Shown here: one piece after another, positions 24,718-33,817 of the stretch | Numbering within the stretch: the stretch's first letter is position 1 | How the letters are laid out: each line of letters begins with the position of its first letter | DNA from: Dialister sp. i34-0019-2H8 | GTDB lineage: Bacteria > Bacillota > Negativicutes > Veillonellales > Dialisteraceae | DNA: 40,000 nucleotides | Direction: 5' to 3' | Assembly (NCBI RefSeq): GCF_042846925.1 | Contig: NZ_BAABYQ010000001.1 | Span: forward strand, 1,542,826 to 1,582,825 | Notes under the pieces: model-generated | Database searches by the model: none | Told to the model about the DNA's origin: nothing | What the model saw: the letters and a program-made list of their open reading frames with translations, nothing else | Position numbers and translations under genes: made by a program

Positions 24718-25112
24718 GGCTGCCTACCTCCCACCTTGCGGAAACGGTTCAGCTTTGGTTTCAAGCTCTCAAAGTCTGCTTCATGGGGATTCCCAGTAGA
24801 AGATACATCAGATACCGCAAAGGTAAATTCCGTATCATTCTGCTTCAAAGATTTCAGCGGTGCTTTTTCTCCTGAAGTCTCCGCATCCATCCACTTAGTA
24901 ATAAGCTCCACCGCCGTATAAATCAGGCTATCAGGGAAATCCTCTCGGTGGCAGTAATCCATCACATCCACTACAAACTTCTCCACGTACATTCGGAGCT
25001 TTGTATCGTTGATGATAGGCGATTCCTCTACCATACCGTTATAATCCCCTTTGACCTCCATGATTTTGTCATAAATGGCCGCATCGGCTTCCTCTTGAGA
25101 AATATATTTCAT
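24705..25112 (-). CDS. gp6-like head-tail connector protein
   Basis: First gene of the connector block. N-terminal ...EEADAAIYDKI... pattern. Confidence 0.65.
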   Translation of the reverse strand: MKYISQEEADAAIYDKIMEVKGDYNGMVEESPIINDTKLRMYVEKFVVDVMDYCHREDFPDSLIYTAVELITKWMDAETSGEKAPLKSLKQNDTEFTFAVSDVSSTGNPHEADFESLKPKLNRFRKVGGRQPWNS

Positions 25113-25137
25113 CGCATCACCTACATTCTAGGGTATC

Positions 25138-25164
25138 AAAAAAGCACCTGCAACTCGCAAGTGC
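25138..25164 (-). terminator. rho-independent terminator after the moron block
   Basis: Minus strand GCACTTG-CGAGTTG-CAGGTGC followed by T6. A 17-nt piece, AACTCGCAAGTGCTTTT, recurs at 25457-25473. Confidence 0.5.
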
Positions 25165-25170
25165 TTTTGC

Positions 25171-25431
25171 TTACCAATCTATATCTGGCAAAATATCTTT
25201 AAAAGGCCTGCCCATAATCTTAAAGTTTGCCAATGCCTCATCAATAGAAGAATATCGGTAGTCATCATCAGTATCTGCACGTCCACAAGTATATTCGGTA
25301 GGATCATTGTAAACTCCTGTTTTGGAGTCAAACACTTCACCAATGAAATACCAATGTCCTTTATAAGAAAATGTTAAATCCTGTGCAGCATCTAAATACT
25401 CAATAAGCTCTCTGCGTGTCAATGATCTCAC
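25171..25431 (-). CDS. small protein, paralogue 2 of candidate immunity family (G.PF...LPD.DW C-terminus)
   Basis: ...YKGHWYFIGE...SSIDEALANFKIMGRPFKDILPDIDW aligns with the 25796-26065 product. AT-rich. Confidence 0.6.
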   Translation of the reverse strand: MRSLTRRELIEYLDAAQDLTFSYKGHWYFIGEVFDSKTGVYNDPTEYTCGRADTDDDYRYSSIDEALANFKIMGRPFKDILPDIDW

Positions 25432-25480
25432 CTCAGATTCCTACCAACTTCTTTTCTATCAACTCGCAAGTGCTTTTGGT

Positions 25481-25720
25481 TTAAAATATCACTGTATCCC
25501 AAATTTCCTTGTCAAATTGAGGAATTGCTTGCTTCGTTTTTATCGCACGCCAAAGTTTCTTCGCTGCTAATTTATACTCACTTGCAACAGGGTGTACAGG
25601 ATCCAATAACGTAACACGCTCAAGAGAATGCTGTCCGAATACTTTTAAGTATTCCGTCTTTGCACGAGTTAAATCCGCCATTGCTATATCAAGATTCGTC
25701 CCGAATGCGTCTGCAGGCAT
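25481..25720 (-). CDS. hypothetical small protein (79 aa)
   Basis: ORF between the two paralogues. A G-rich RBS lies before the ATG. AT-rich. Confidence 0.5.
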   Translation of the reverse strand: MPADAFGTNLDIAMADLTRAKTEYLKVFGQHSLERVTLLDPVHPVASEYKLAAKKLWRAIKTKQAIPQFDKEIWDTVIF

Positions 25721-25795
25721 ATTAATCCCCCCATTTATGCCATTAATATCAGACCAGCATGTTCGCCAGCACTTTTCAACAAGTGTTTTTTAGGG

Positions 25796-26065
25796 TTACA
25801 TCGCATCCCAATCCAAATCTGGTAAAAGACTTCTGAATGGCTGTCCATCAAGGAATGTAGCATTCATAAAGGCCTCAAAATCAGGAAAATCCCAACATTC
25901 CTCATCTTTCAATGTATCATATACGCAAATATAGTATCTTAAATCACCCGGATCGTGCTCAACAGAATATCTAATTCCTTTATACCAAAATGAATTATTA
26001 TACAGTGTCCAATTTTCCATCCCATCACGTAGTTGCTTTTCGCTTAACTGCAGCTTCAATCTCAT
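25796..26065 (-). CDS. small protein, paralogue 1 of candidate immunity family
   Basis: Overlaps the 3' end of the MuF-toxin gene by 41 nt. Contains ...FWYKGIRYSV...FPDFEAFMNATFLDGQPFRSLLPDLDWD. Confidence 0.6.
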   Translation of the reverse strand: MRLKLQLSEKQLRDGMENWTLYNNSFWYKGIRYSVEHDPGDLRYYICVYDTLKDEECWDFPDFEAFMNATFLDGQPFRSLLPDLDWDAM

Positions 26066-27461
26066 TTTTCATCCACTCTCTTTCCCTATCGCCAAGCTCT
26101 TTCCCTTTATCAGGGCTTCCCGCCCATTTACCGGAAGGTTTCTTCTTCCATTGCCAAATATGCATATGCTCTCCGACTTCGCCAAAGGGATGTTTTTTGG
26201 AATTTCCATGTGGCCCGCAATGAATCTGTACTGCCATAAAACCATTGCTATCATAAAAATCAAAATCGTATTGTAAGTCATTTCTGTTAGATTGGTGCAT
26301 TACTACGCTATTAGGTAATCCTCTACTTGGAGTCTGCTGATGAGCACTTTGTGCATATTTGGTAGCAATAATCGTCCCATCTTTTCGAGTAGGCCATTTA
26401 CCCTCGCCTGTTGGTACAAGCCTTGGTTCTATATAAGTATTATACCACGACTCATAGGTCATATTCTTTGGAACATGAATGGTTTTCTTTTCGTAATTCC
26501 TAGCTGTTCGAGTTCCATCTTCGTTATAGACGTCTCGCAAACTACCAGCGATAGTGCTACGACAATTCGGATGCAACGGTGGTGCATTTTCACCAGGGCG
26601 GTATTCATCAATGGAATAGACGTGACCGTCATGTGACCGGCATATAGCAGAAGTACGCCTGTCTAATGTAGCAATGAAACGGTAGTATTTCATGCCGGAC
26701 TCTTTGATACTGTCAGCGGCTGCACGATTCTGAACATAGTTCATTTCCGTCCGTACTAGCCTTCTCGCATTGGAGAGACCGGCATGCATTTTGTCTTCTA
26801 CCATTTTTGCCATCTGAGGGACGGACAGCCCGCGGTGCAGCCCATTCGACACGACTGTGCGAAGGGCCGTGCCGAGCTGCTGGTCATTCTTCCAGATACG
26901 CTGACTATAGGACTTTCCGCTCCACGGAGCAGCGGCGATTTTTTGTGCCGTATCGTCATCAATAGCGACATTCGCCTTCATGATTCCCGTCCGTTCTGCC
27001 ACGTCATAAATGCCGTGGTAGAAACGATCCTTATAGGCATCCATCAGAAAGTCCGTCATGCGGTCTTCTGTCTTGCGTCCCAGCCGGTCAAGAGCCTTCA
27101 GCGTTTCTGCATAGAGCTTATCCAGACGCGAAATGCGGCTTCGCATAGCGAGGGTGTTCAGTTCCTCCGACAGAACGCTGCCGTTCTCGATCCCCTGCAG
27201 GTATTCTTCCATGCTCATCCGCCAGACGCGATATTCATCGCCCGTCAACAGTCTGTGCGCTTCTGCCATAGATAGTTTGTTATCTTTCGCGAAGCACCCA
27301 TACAGAGCAGCGATGTCCCTTTGGATGTCAGCCAGAGCCTGCTCATAATACGCCGCCAGATCGCGCTCTACGGTAGTCTGGCAACGATTGTGCCAGGCTT
27401 CTTCATAGGCTGCGGCCCTGGCGGCCCAGTATGCTTCATTCTCTGACTGCTTATCCATCAT
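26025..27461 (-). CDS. full-length MuF/SPP1 gp7-like head morphogenesis protein with C-terminal His-rich toxin-like extension
   Basis: MuF core ...ARRLVRTEMNYVQN...RTSAICRSHDG...PPLHPNCRSTI. About 170 further residues end ...DFDFYDSNGFMAVQIHCGPHGNSKKHPFGEVGEHMHIWQW.... The extension DNA is visibly AT-richer than the MuF part. Confidence 0.85.
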   Translation of the reverse strand: MMDKQSENEAYWAARAAAYEEAWHNRCQTTVERDLAAYYEQALADIQRDIAALYGCFAKDNKLSMAEAHRLLTGDEYRVWRMSMEEYLQGIENGSVLSEELNTLAMRSRISRLDKLYAETLKALDRLGRKTEDRMTDFLMDAYKDRFYHGIYDVAERTGIMKANVAIDDDTAQKIAAAPWSGKSYSQRIWKNDQQLGTALRTVVSNGLHRGLSVPQMAKMVEDKMHAGLSNARRLVRTEMNYVQNRAAADSIKESGMKYYRFIATLDRRTSAICRSHDGHVYSIDEYRPGENAPPLHPNCRSTIAGSLRDVYNEDGTRTARNYEKKTIHVPKNMTYESWYNTYIEPRLVPTGEGKWPTRKDGTIIATKYAQSAHQQTPSRGLPNSVVMHQSNRNDLQYDFDFYDSNGFMAVQIHCGPHGNSKKHPFGEVGEHMHIWQWKKKPSGKWAGSPDKGKELGDREREWMKNEIEAAVKRKATT

Positions 27462-28429
27462 TAGCCAACCTTATGCTTCAGGGCTACCATGCGGATAGCT
27501 TTGGATTCATATACACGATTCCAATTGGTGGCATCCGCCAGTTCTGCGCGAGTTGGGGATTCCGGATTGGTCCTCCTCTTGTTGGTCCATGCTACTCCCC
27601 GTGGATGCATGATAAAGCAACGGCGGTTATAGAGCATGTCTACGCCAGCGCCGTCATCCGGGTCACGTTTGGTTTCGGTCTGCACGAAACGAACCGGAGA
27701 ACCTTCGCCGTAAGCAATAGCACCGGTACCAAAGAAATAGGTGGTGTATACGCCAGCAGATACTGGGCATCCATCATCTACAATGACACGGCGGCCCTGG
27801 TATGTATCAAATTCCACATTGGTAGAATCTCTTTCGGTAGCAATGAGGTTCTTTTTCTTCAGGTATGCTTTGGTAGCAGAATGCATCACCACAGCGGAAA
27901 GCTGATCCTGTGCATCGCCCATGAGCTGGAGGGTATCGATGACTGCAGAGGCAGAAATGTTGGCAGCTTCCCCTTCCAGTGCAGAAATATCCAGAATATG
28001 GTCTTTCATGGAAGTAGAAGCGAATACGCCAGCAAGGATATTGATGAGTTCCTTCTGGTACTGTCTAGCCCAATAGCCTGCTACCAGATCGCCAATAGCG
28101 GCCATCGGGTCCTTACCAGCCAGTGCGGCAGACAGATTGGAAGCACTCCATTTCTGTCTGCGCATGATGGTAGTGGATACATCTTTCTTGGATGTGATTT
28201 TCTGTGCTTCGATAGTCTGCCCTTCTACGATGTTGTCAGCGTCTCCCTGCAGATCTTCGAAGAATGGCATGTTGTGAGTACGTGCTGCTTCGCTCGCCAG
28301 GGCATCGAATGCCGGGCTTCTAGTAATAATACCGGAATTGAAAAATGCAGATTTCTCCATGGTTTTCTGCACTACGTATGGATTAAACAGTTCCGGGACG
28401 ATGATATCGGAAATAGTAGTTCCTGCCAT
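27461..28429 (-). CDS. major capsid protein (XkdG-like)
   Basis: 322 aa after the scaffold gene. The sequence pattern resembles PBSX-type capsid proteins. Confidence 0.85.
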   Translation of the reverse strand: MAGTTISDIIVPELFNPYVVQKTMEKSAFFNSGIITRSPAFDALASEAARTHNMPFFEDLQGDADNIVEGQTIEAQKITSKKDVSTTIMRRQKWSASNLSAALAGKDPMAAIGDLVAGYWARQYQKELINILAGVFASTSMKDHILDISALEGEAANISASAVIDTLQLMGDAQDQLSAVVMHSATKAYLKKKNLIATERDSTNVEFDTYQGRRVIVDDGCPVSAGVYTTYFFGTGAIAYGEGSPVRFVQTETKRDPDDGAGVDMLYNRRCFIMHPRGVAWTNKRRTNPESPTRAELADATNWNRVYESKAIRMVALKHKVG

Positions 28430-28449
28430 TTGTATTGTCTCCTTTTAGA

Positions 28450-29073
28450 TTAAATGGTTACTCCGGCGGCCTGTGCAAAGGCTTTGGCCTGTTCCGGATT
28501 TTCTCTGAGCAATCTTCCCTGTTCAGTGAGGTTAAACGTATCTTTTGCGAATGGATTGGTGCTGGGGTTTCCGTTTCCGCCTTTGGGATCATACTTCGGG
28601 TTAGGGCCGGCCTGCTTAAACAAAAATGCTTTGTTCTTCTGCAGTTCCTTCAGCTGTTCGTCCAATCCGGTGATTTTTCCATCGTCACCAAGGATGAGTT
28701 TGGTCTTGTCGAACAAGCTGGAAACAATGTCCACATCCTGCGCTTTGTCCACAATAGCCAGTTTGATAGCGTCATTGATACGGAGTTCTTTCATTTTCGC
28801 ATCAGCTTCCTCTTGGGCCTTCTTGTTGGCATCCTGCAGGGATTTAATCTGGTTCTTCAATGCGTCCAGATCACCTGTAGACTTTTTGAGGGTTTCCAAT
28901 TGTTTGTCACGGTCCGCTACAGTAGCGATTAAGGTCTTCTTTTCCTCGTTGACCTCATTGAAACGAGATTTTGGTACATACGCACCATCTAAGAAAGCAG
29001 TCAGCGCTTTTTTCGCTGCTTCCTTTTTATCGGCTGCGATGCCCAATTCAGCAAATAATTCTTCCTGATTCAT
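28450..29073 (-). CDS. scaffolding protein (GP20-like)
   Basis: Coiled-coil K/E-rich 207 aa between the portal and capsid genes. Contains ...YVPKSRFNEVNEEKK.... Confidence 0.8.
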   Translation of the reverse strand: MNQEELFAELGIAADKKEAAKKALTAFLDGAYVPKSRFNEVNEEKKTLIATVADRDKQLETLKKSTGDLDALKNQIKSLQDANKKAQEEADAKMKELRINDAIKLAIVDKAQDVDIVSSLFDKTKLILGDDGKITGLDEQLKELQKNKAFLFKQAGPNPKYDPKGGNGNPSTNPFAKDTFNLTEQGRLLRENPEQAKAFAQAAGVTI

Positions 29074-29127
29074 AAAATCCTCCTCCGGTTTTTACCGTGG
29101 TTCACCTGCCACGTTAGGAAATAAAAA

Positions 29128-30522
29128 CTAGTCATCTTTCTTGCCATCTAAATCCCCTCCATAGGGATCAGCCTGCGCATCCTGCTCTTTGCGTTCCTTT
29201 TCGATCTGTTTTGCTTCTGCTTCTGGATCATCCACGAATGGATGGCGGGATAAGATCGTCTTATTGGACACAATGCCCACGGAATTGCTGCACATGGTCA
29301 CAAGGTCAGAGTCATTTTTAATGGACGTTCTCGTCCATGTCTGTACGATGCCTGCTGTGTCCCTCCCATAATGCTGCAGTATCGCATGAAGCAATTCGTC
29401 GAATCCCATACGGAATTGGACTTCCATCTGCCCCGCCTTGAGCTCCAGCAGGGAATAAACGAATTTCATGGCTTCGCCGGAAGTCTTATCCAGTCCCTGC
29501 TGCTCCGGATCTACCCCCTGTCCCATGGTAAAGATCGCCTTTCGGGTGATTTCCAGCATTTTATCCCTGGCTTCTACCGGAATATCAATATTTAGAGTGG
29601 ACACCCCAGACGAATCCCCTGTGCCTGCAGATTCCACGGAAATGGTTTTGTAGTATTTCAGGTTCTTCAGGAATTCGTTTAGGTCTTCCCCGCCGTAATT
29701 GGTCAAAATAAAAATGACCTCTTGAATATCCTCTAGGTCATTCATGAAACCGCTTAACGTTTTGTCATAAGCGTCTATCAGCTTTTTGATTTTATTGAGA
29801 TCACTGGTAGCTCGTTGATTGTTGCGGAATGGGATAAACGGCACCCGGCCGAAGTTATGGATAAACTGGTTATCCGCTTCAGACAATCCCGCATTGTAAA
29901 AATCAGCAAAGCAGCTATAAGGGGATAGCCTATCCATCGTTTCATCCGATTCCGGGATTCGATAAGCCTCACATTCCCGGTCATTCCAATACTCATAAAC
30001 CTTGTAGGCATCACCGTTATCATCGTACTCACGATACACGCGGAGCACTGCCAGCAGATCATGGGACAATTTGGGCGACCAAATCGGGATAATCTCCTCA
30101 CTGGGTACTACGGCATACTGGAACTTCTTATTCTCATCAATCCAGTAGTGCAGCCATCCGACCCCTGCATTGGATGCATTGGTGGCCAGCTCTTGGATTT
30201 TGCTTGCATAACCGCCTCCCAGTGTATCAGTAATCACCTTATTGACGTCATCGCTATGTGTATCAAACAAAGGCGGGGCAGTAAAAAGATAAGACACCTT
30301 CTGATCCACCAGCAGGCTGTAAAAGCTCATGGGGATTCGATTGTCTGCCGTGCGCATGGGGTTCTCGATATCACCCTTTGCCTCTTTCTCCTGCCTGCTG
30401 GGGGCGAATAGGATATCATTCAGGTTGTTGTAATACCGGTCAGCCGTCAGGGCCTGCTTTAAAAATTCGCCGTGACCGGTGACATATTTCTGTATCATTT
30501 TTCTAGCTACGGTTAAATCCAC
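29128..30522 (-). CDS. portal protein (SPP1 gp6-like)
   Basis: 464 aa directly after terL, with portal-family pattern. Confidence 0.9.
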   Translation of the reverse strand: MDLTVARKMIQKYVTGHGEFLKQALTADRYYNNLNDILFAPSRQEKEAKGDIENPMRTADNRIPMSFYSLLVDQKVSYLFTAPPLFDTHSDDVNKVITDTLGGGYASKIQELATNASNAGVGWLHYWIDENKKFQYAVVPSEEIIPIWSPKLSHDLLAVLRVYREYDDNGDAYKVYEYWNDRECEAYRIPESDETMDRLSPYSCFADFYNAGLSEADNQFIHNFGRVPFIPFRNNQRATSDLNKIKKLIDAYDKTLSGFMNDLEDIQEVIFILTNYGGEDLNEFLKNLKYYKTISVESAGTGDSSGVSTLNIDIPVEARDKMLEITRKAIFTMGQGVDPEQQGLDKTSGEAMKFVYSLLELKAGQMEVQFRMGFDELLHAILQHYGRDTAGIVQTWTRTSIKNDSDLVTMCSNSVGIVSNKTILSRHPFVDDPEAEAKQIEKERKEQDAQADPYGGDLDGKKDD

Positions 30523-30526
30523 GTTC

Positions 30527-31771
30527 TCACCTCCTTAAAATCTTCACTCTTGCCCTAGCCATTTCATTCTGGCAGGCGTATCTCGTGGCATCGATGGCGT
30601 GGTTGTCTGCGTCAGGGTAGGCAGAAATAAACTGCCCCTGACGATTTCTCTCGTATTCGTAGCAGGTAAATTCCCTGTATGTGTTCGGGCACCTGCGCTT
30701 ATCGATGTATATCTTCCGCCTTCCCTGCAGCCATTTGATGCCGTAAGCTACACTGTCAGGCCCTTTGCGGCATCCGATAATATTGACGCCCATGTCACGT
30801 ATTTCAGCAATACTCTTCGGCTCTGCAGAATCGGCGATGATCGGTGCCGTGAGGTGCTTGGCACGCAGGATTTGCGCTACAGCGCGGTTCGTGAGTTTCT
30901 GCTGGTATACCTCGTCAAAGATATACAGCTCCTCCTTCTTAGCATCATAGTGCATCTGAACGAAAGCCAGAGGATCTACCGCGAAACCGAAGTCCAGCCC
31001 GCAATGCAGCCTGTCGAATTGTGCAATCATCTCATCGCTCATGTGCAGATCCTCCACATTCTCGAAGACGGCACCGCCGGTCCCGGTGACTTTTCCCAGA
31101 TACTCATGCTCGTAGCTCTTGAGATTCTTCCCCTTCAGCTTGTCCGCTTCCAGCAGGAACTGGCTGCCTAGCCATTCCTTCGGGACCTGCAAATAGGTGG
31201 AATGGTGTATCAGCCTATCCGCATCGTCATAGAGCTGCTCTTCGTTCACCCAGTTGTTTCTCGACTTTGGCGGGTTGAAAGAACAGAACTCCCAGTATTT
31301 ATCACCGCCGCGAAGCAAAGACTGGTTCAGATTCCGGATCTCTTCCATACCGGCGAACTGGTCGAATTCTTCAAACCACACCACGCCGATATAGCCGAAT
31401 GGCGGCTTGATGGACTTGAGCTTCATGGGATCATCATCGCCCATGAAATAAATCTTCTGCCCCGTATGCTTCAGGGTGATTTCCGGCGGGGAAATCTTTG
31501 CGGAAAACAAACCATTAAGGCCCATAGCATCGATTCCCCATAACACCTGCGGATAAACCGATGTCTTGATGGTGTTCCCGACTTTTCGGAGTACGACCGC
31601 ATGGCACTTGGGGTTCTGCAATAGCAGGATAGGCAGCATGACACTCACAAAAGAGGACTTCGTACTGCCACGGCCGCCTTTCATCCAATAATGGGTATGA
31701 CGGTGATGAATGATGTCTTGGAAGACGGCATCAAAAGCAGGCCCAACATGGTCCGCTACGTTAATCTCCAT
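30527..31771 (-). CDS. terminase large subunit (PBSX/Terminase_3-like)
   Basis: Start taken at MEINVADH (ATG 31771). Walker A KGGRGSTKS, plus a C-terminal nuclease part. Confidence 0.95.
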   Translation of the reverse strand: MEINVADHVGPAFDAVFQDIIHHRHTHYWMKGGRGSTKSSFVSVMLPILLLQNPKCHAVVLRKVGNTIKTSVYPQVLWGIDAMGLNGLFSAKISPPEITLKHTGQKIYFMGDDDPMKLKSIKPPFGYIGVVWFEEFDQFAGMEEIRNLNQSLLRGGDKYWEFCSFNPPKSRNNWVNEEQLYDDADRLIHHSTYLQVPKEWLGSQFLLEADKLKGKNLKSYEHEYLGKVTGTGGAVFENVEDLHMSDEMIAQFDRLHCGLDFGFAVDPLAFVQMHYDAKKEELYIFDEVYQQKLTNRAVAQILRAKHLTAPIIADSAEPKSIAEIRDMGVNIIGCRKGPDSVAYGIKWLQGRRKIYIDKRRCPNTYREFTCYEYERNRQGQFISAYPDADNHAIDATRYACQNEMARARVKILRR

Positions 31772-32213
31772 CGTCCCCGCCTCTTTCAAACTTGAATGTA
31801 ATGTGCGCCTCACCGTCAACATCTTCCGGCCTGTCCAGTCCGTAGCGCTTCGCCAGCTGCACCGCCGCTTTGATACGGTCATTGGCTCCGATCTGCTTTT
31901 CTATGGTTTTTGCTTCGCTGCAGCCGTCGCCAGTCCCTTCCACGACAACGACCTCCTCTTTGATTTCGCCGCGCATGGAAGACGTCAGGAACTCCATCAC
32001 TTCTTTCGCCTTGGCAATGCGGTTCTCCTCTATTTCCTTGAGACGTTTCTCCAAAAACGCTTTCACATAAGGCAGATCTAAGGTTTTGGATGCAATGAAT
32101 CGGGCGTTCTTTTTTGAATACCCGGCTTTAATGGCCGCCTCTGTCTGATTGCCGGTCTCTATAAAATAATCTACCAGTCGTTTTTGCTTTTCCGTTAGTA
32201 CCACTTCAGCCAT
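31761..32213 (-). CDS. terminase small subunit
   Basis: Start taken at MAEVVLTEKQKRLVDYFIETGNQTEAAIKAGYS (HTH of Terminase_2-type small subunits). Overlaps terL by 11 nt. Confidence 0.85.
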   Translation of the reverse strand: MAEVVLTEKQKRLVDYFIETGNQTEAAIKAGYSKKNARFIASKTLDLPYVKAFLEKRLKEIEENRIAKAKEVMEFLTSSMRGEIKEEVVVVEGTGDGCSEAKTIEKQIGANDRIKAAVQLAKRYGLDRPEDVDGEAHITFKFERGGDDGD

Positions 32214-32240
32214 TACATCCTTCACCACCTCTGTTTCTGC

Positions 32241-32272
32241 CAAATAAAAAGCACTCACTATCAAAATGAGTG
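32241..32272 (-). terminator. rho-independent terminator after the AT-rich moron
   Basis: Minus strand GCACTCA-9 nt-TGAGTGC followed by TTTTTATTT. It lies 12 nt after the stop at 32284. Confidence 0.55.
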
Positions 32273-32283
32273 CCTAAACCTGA

Positions 32284-33192
32284 TCAATTTTGCTGTGTAT
32301 ATTTGACGACTTGCGTTATAACATTATCTGTATGTCCCAATTTCCTATGATTTTTGATTTGCTGATGCTTTTCTAATTTTACATCAAGCAAGTCTTGCGG
32401 GCCTAATCGAATTTGACCGGCTGCAATTTTCGCAAGGAAATCTTTGTCCGCCACAGTTGCTGTAAAAGAGGTATCTCCATCATTAAACTTCCATTTATGA
32501 GAACCATCAAAAACGGCAGCTTCTACGGTTACAGATATGACATAACAGGAACATTTTTCCTCAATCACATCTTCCGGGACTGTTTTGACATATTCTGATT
32601 CTTCTTTATTGATACTCATAACGGGACGAGCCATTTCATGAATATCTCGAACCTCAAAATGATCAACACCTGCTTGCTCCAAAGGTTTAACAAGGCCGGG
32701 CAACGCCTCTCTAACATTTTTGTCTACAAACAAATTATATACTGGTTTGTAAACAATAAATGGAGCACCTTTATCTGGATGCACTTCAACTTGCCCATTC
32801 TCTTTTTCCACAGTCTTAATAATTCTTCGGGTACGTAACTTCTTAATTAGCCAGAAGAGCCCGCCACCTACTGCGCCTGCAACTTCGATACCGTTATTAG
32901 TTAAATCAAGGAATTGGGCAATTTGGTCAATGCTGTAGCCAGCAACAAACAAAGACTTGATTTGTTCCGGCAAGGTCTGAATCAAAGCCAAGACAATTTC
33001 AAACGATCCTTTTTGAAAATCTGCCTTTACCCTGACATCTATAGAAGAATTATCATTATTCAATAGTCGATTGGCTTGATTGACCAATGAACTCATTGAA
33101 ATCAGAACTTCGCCTAGTGTCTTAGCATCCATAGAGCCATTATCAACACTAGGTCCACAATAAGCAATGCAAATCTTCGTGCTCTTTTCCAT
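32284..33192 (-). CDS. AT-rich moron: 302-aa protein of unknown function with one central hydrophobic helix
   Basis: GGAG lies 7 nt before ATG 33192 (MEKSTKICIAYCGP...). Central GIEVAGAVGGGLFWLIKKL segment. The base composition is visibly lower in GC than both neighbours. It has its own promoter-like and terminator signals. Confidence 0.75.
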   Translation of the reverse strand: MEKSTKICIAYCGPSVDNGSMDAKTLGEVLISMSSLVNQANRLLNNDNSSIDVRVKADFQKGSFEIVLALIQTLPEQIKSLFVAGYSIDQIAQFLDLTNNGIEVAGAVGGGLFWLIKKLRTRRIIKTVEKENGQVEVHPDKGAPFIVYKPVYNLFVDKNVREALPGLVKPLEQAGVDHFEVRDIHEMARPVMSINKEESEYVKTVPEDVIEEKCSCYVISVTVEAAVFDGSHKWKFNDGDTSFTATVADKDFLAKIAAGQIRLGPQDLLDVKLEKHQQIKNHRKLGHTDNVITQVVKYTQQN

Positions 33193-33284
33193 ACGGATAC
33201 TCCAAAACATTTTCATACCCCTACAAGAAACAGACAACCATCACTAGCAGCCTGTTTCTTTTGTCGCGCAATTTTCACAATACT

Positions 33285-33293
33285 ATTATATCA
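33285..33293 (-). promoter_or_regulatory. extended -10 (TGaTATAAT) upstream of the moron
   Basis: Minus strand agTGaTATAATagt, about 95 nt upstream of the ATG. A 9-bp-stem hairpin (33225-33260) lies in the putative leader. Confidence 0.35.
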
Positions 33294-33322
33294 CTTTCAA
33301 AGTGCTGATTTGTGCTGGCCTT

Positions 33323-33748
33323 TTAATCGGCTCGCACTTTCTCCAACTCCTCTACCGTGCGACGAGCAAGGTCTCGAGTATAGCTCTTCCCATAATGCAG
33401 CCGTTCCGCCACGATACCCCACGGCACGCGATAGAGATAGTGTTCCTGCACCGCCGCCTTCCCCGGACCATCAGGTACCTTCTCCATGAGCTGATACAAT
33501 TCCGCCCGATGCCGCATAACGCGTTCTAGCTGACGGGCAATCTGTTCATTGATTCGCTCCCGTTCCTTCTCGATATTAAGCAGCACATCGGTCAGATCAC
33601 CCTGCTTCCCGCCAGATACTTTGTCTTTATCGTATCGGATCGCCTTTACACCGGCGTTGTCCGCTATGATCATGTCCTTCTGCCTGCGGGACGTCTCCAG
33701 CAGCCCAATCTCCCTATACACCTGTCGAAGCAAATCCAATACTCTCAC
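33323..33748 (-). CDS. DUF1492-like / sigma-70 region-4-like late transcriptional regulator
   Basis: AGGAGG lies 9 nt before GTG 33748. Architecture ...AIRYDKDKV...EKERERINEQI...VQEHYLYRVPWGIVAERLHYGKSYTRDLARRTVEELEKV matches phage DUF1492/ArpU-like regulators found before terminase genes. Confidence 0.7.
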   Translation of the reverse strand: MRVLDLLRQVYREIGLLETSRRQKDMIIADNAGVKAIRYDKDKVSGGKQGDLTDVLLNIEKERERINEQIARQLERVMRHRAELYQLMEKVPDGPGKAAVQEHYLYRVPWGIVAERLHYGKSYTRDLARRTVEELEKVRAD

Positions 33749-33788
33749 TACTGATGCCCTCCTATGTCGATGTCTATAGAACGCCAAA

Positions 33789-33817
33789 ATGAAGCAGCGG
33801 TAAAGCCGCTACTTCAT
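33789..33817 (-). terminator. rho-independent terminator upstream of the late regulator
   Basis: Minus strand ATGAAGTAGCGG-CTTTA-CCGCTGCTTCAT (12 bp, one G-U) followed by TTTTGG. Confidence 0.5.

Noticed and set aside
26069-26281. 70-aa minus-strand ORF inside the MuF C-terminal extension
   Set aside because: It is an alternative frame wholly within the 26025-27461 gene, with no RBS and no homology to the neighbouring small-protein family.
18488-28453. Other long + strand ORFs (18488-19462, 21546-22466, 22364-23530, 27431-28453)
   Set aside because: Each is antisense to a well-supported structural gene (tape measure, tube/chaperone, sheath, capsid). They have no motifs and no RBS, and they would break the tight minus-strand operon packing.
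28454-29068. 204-aa + strand ORF antisense to the scaffold gene
   Set aside because: It is a shadow of a purine-rich coiled-coil gene. Its translation is Ser/Leu/Ala low-complexity sequence.
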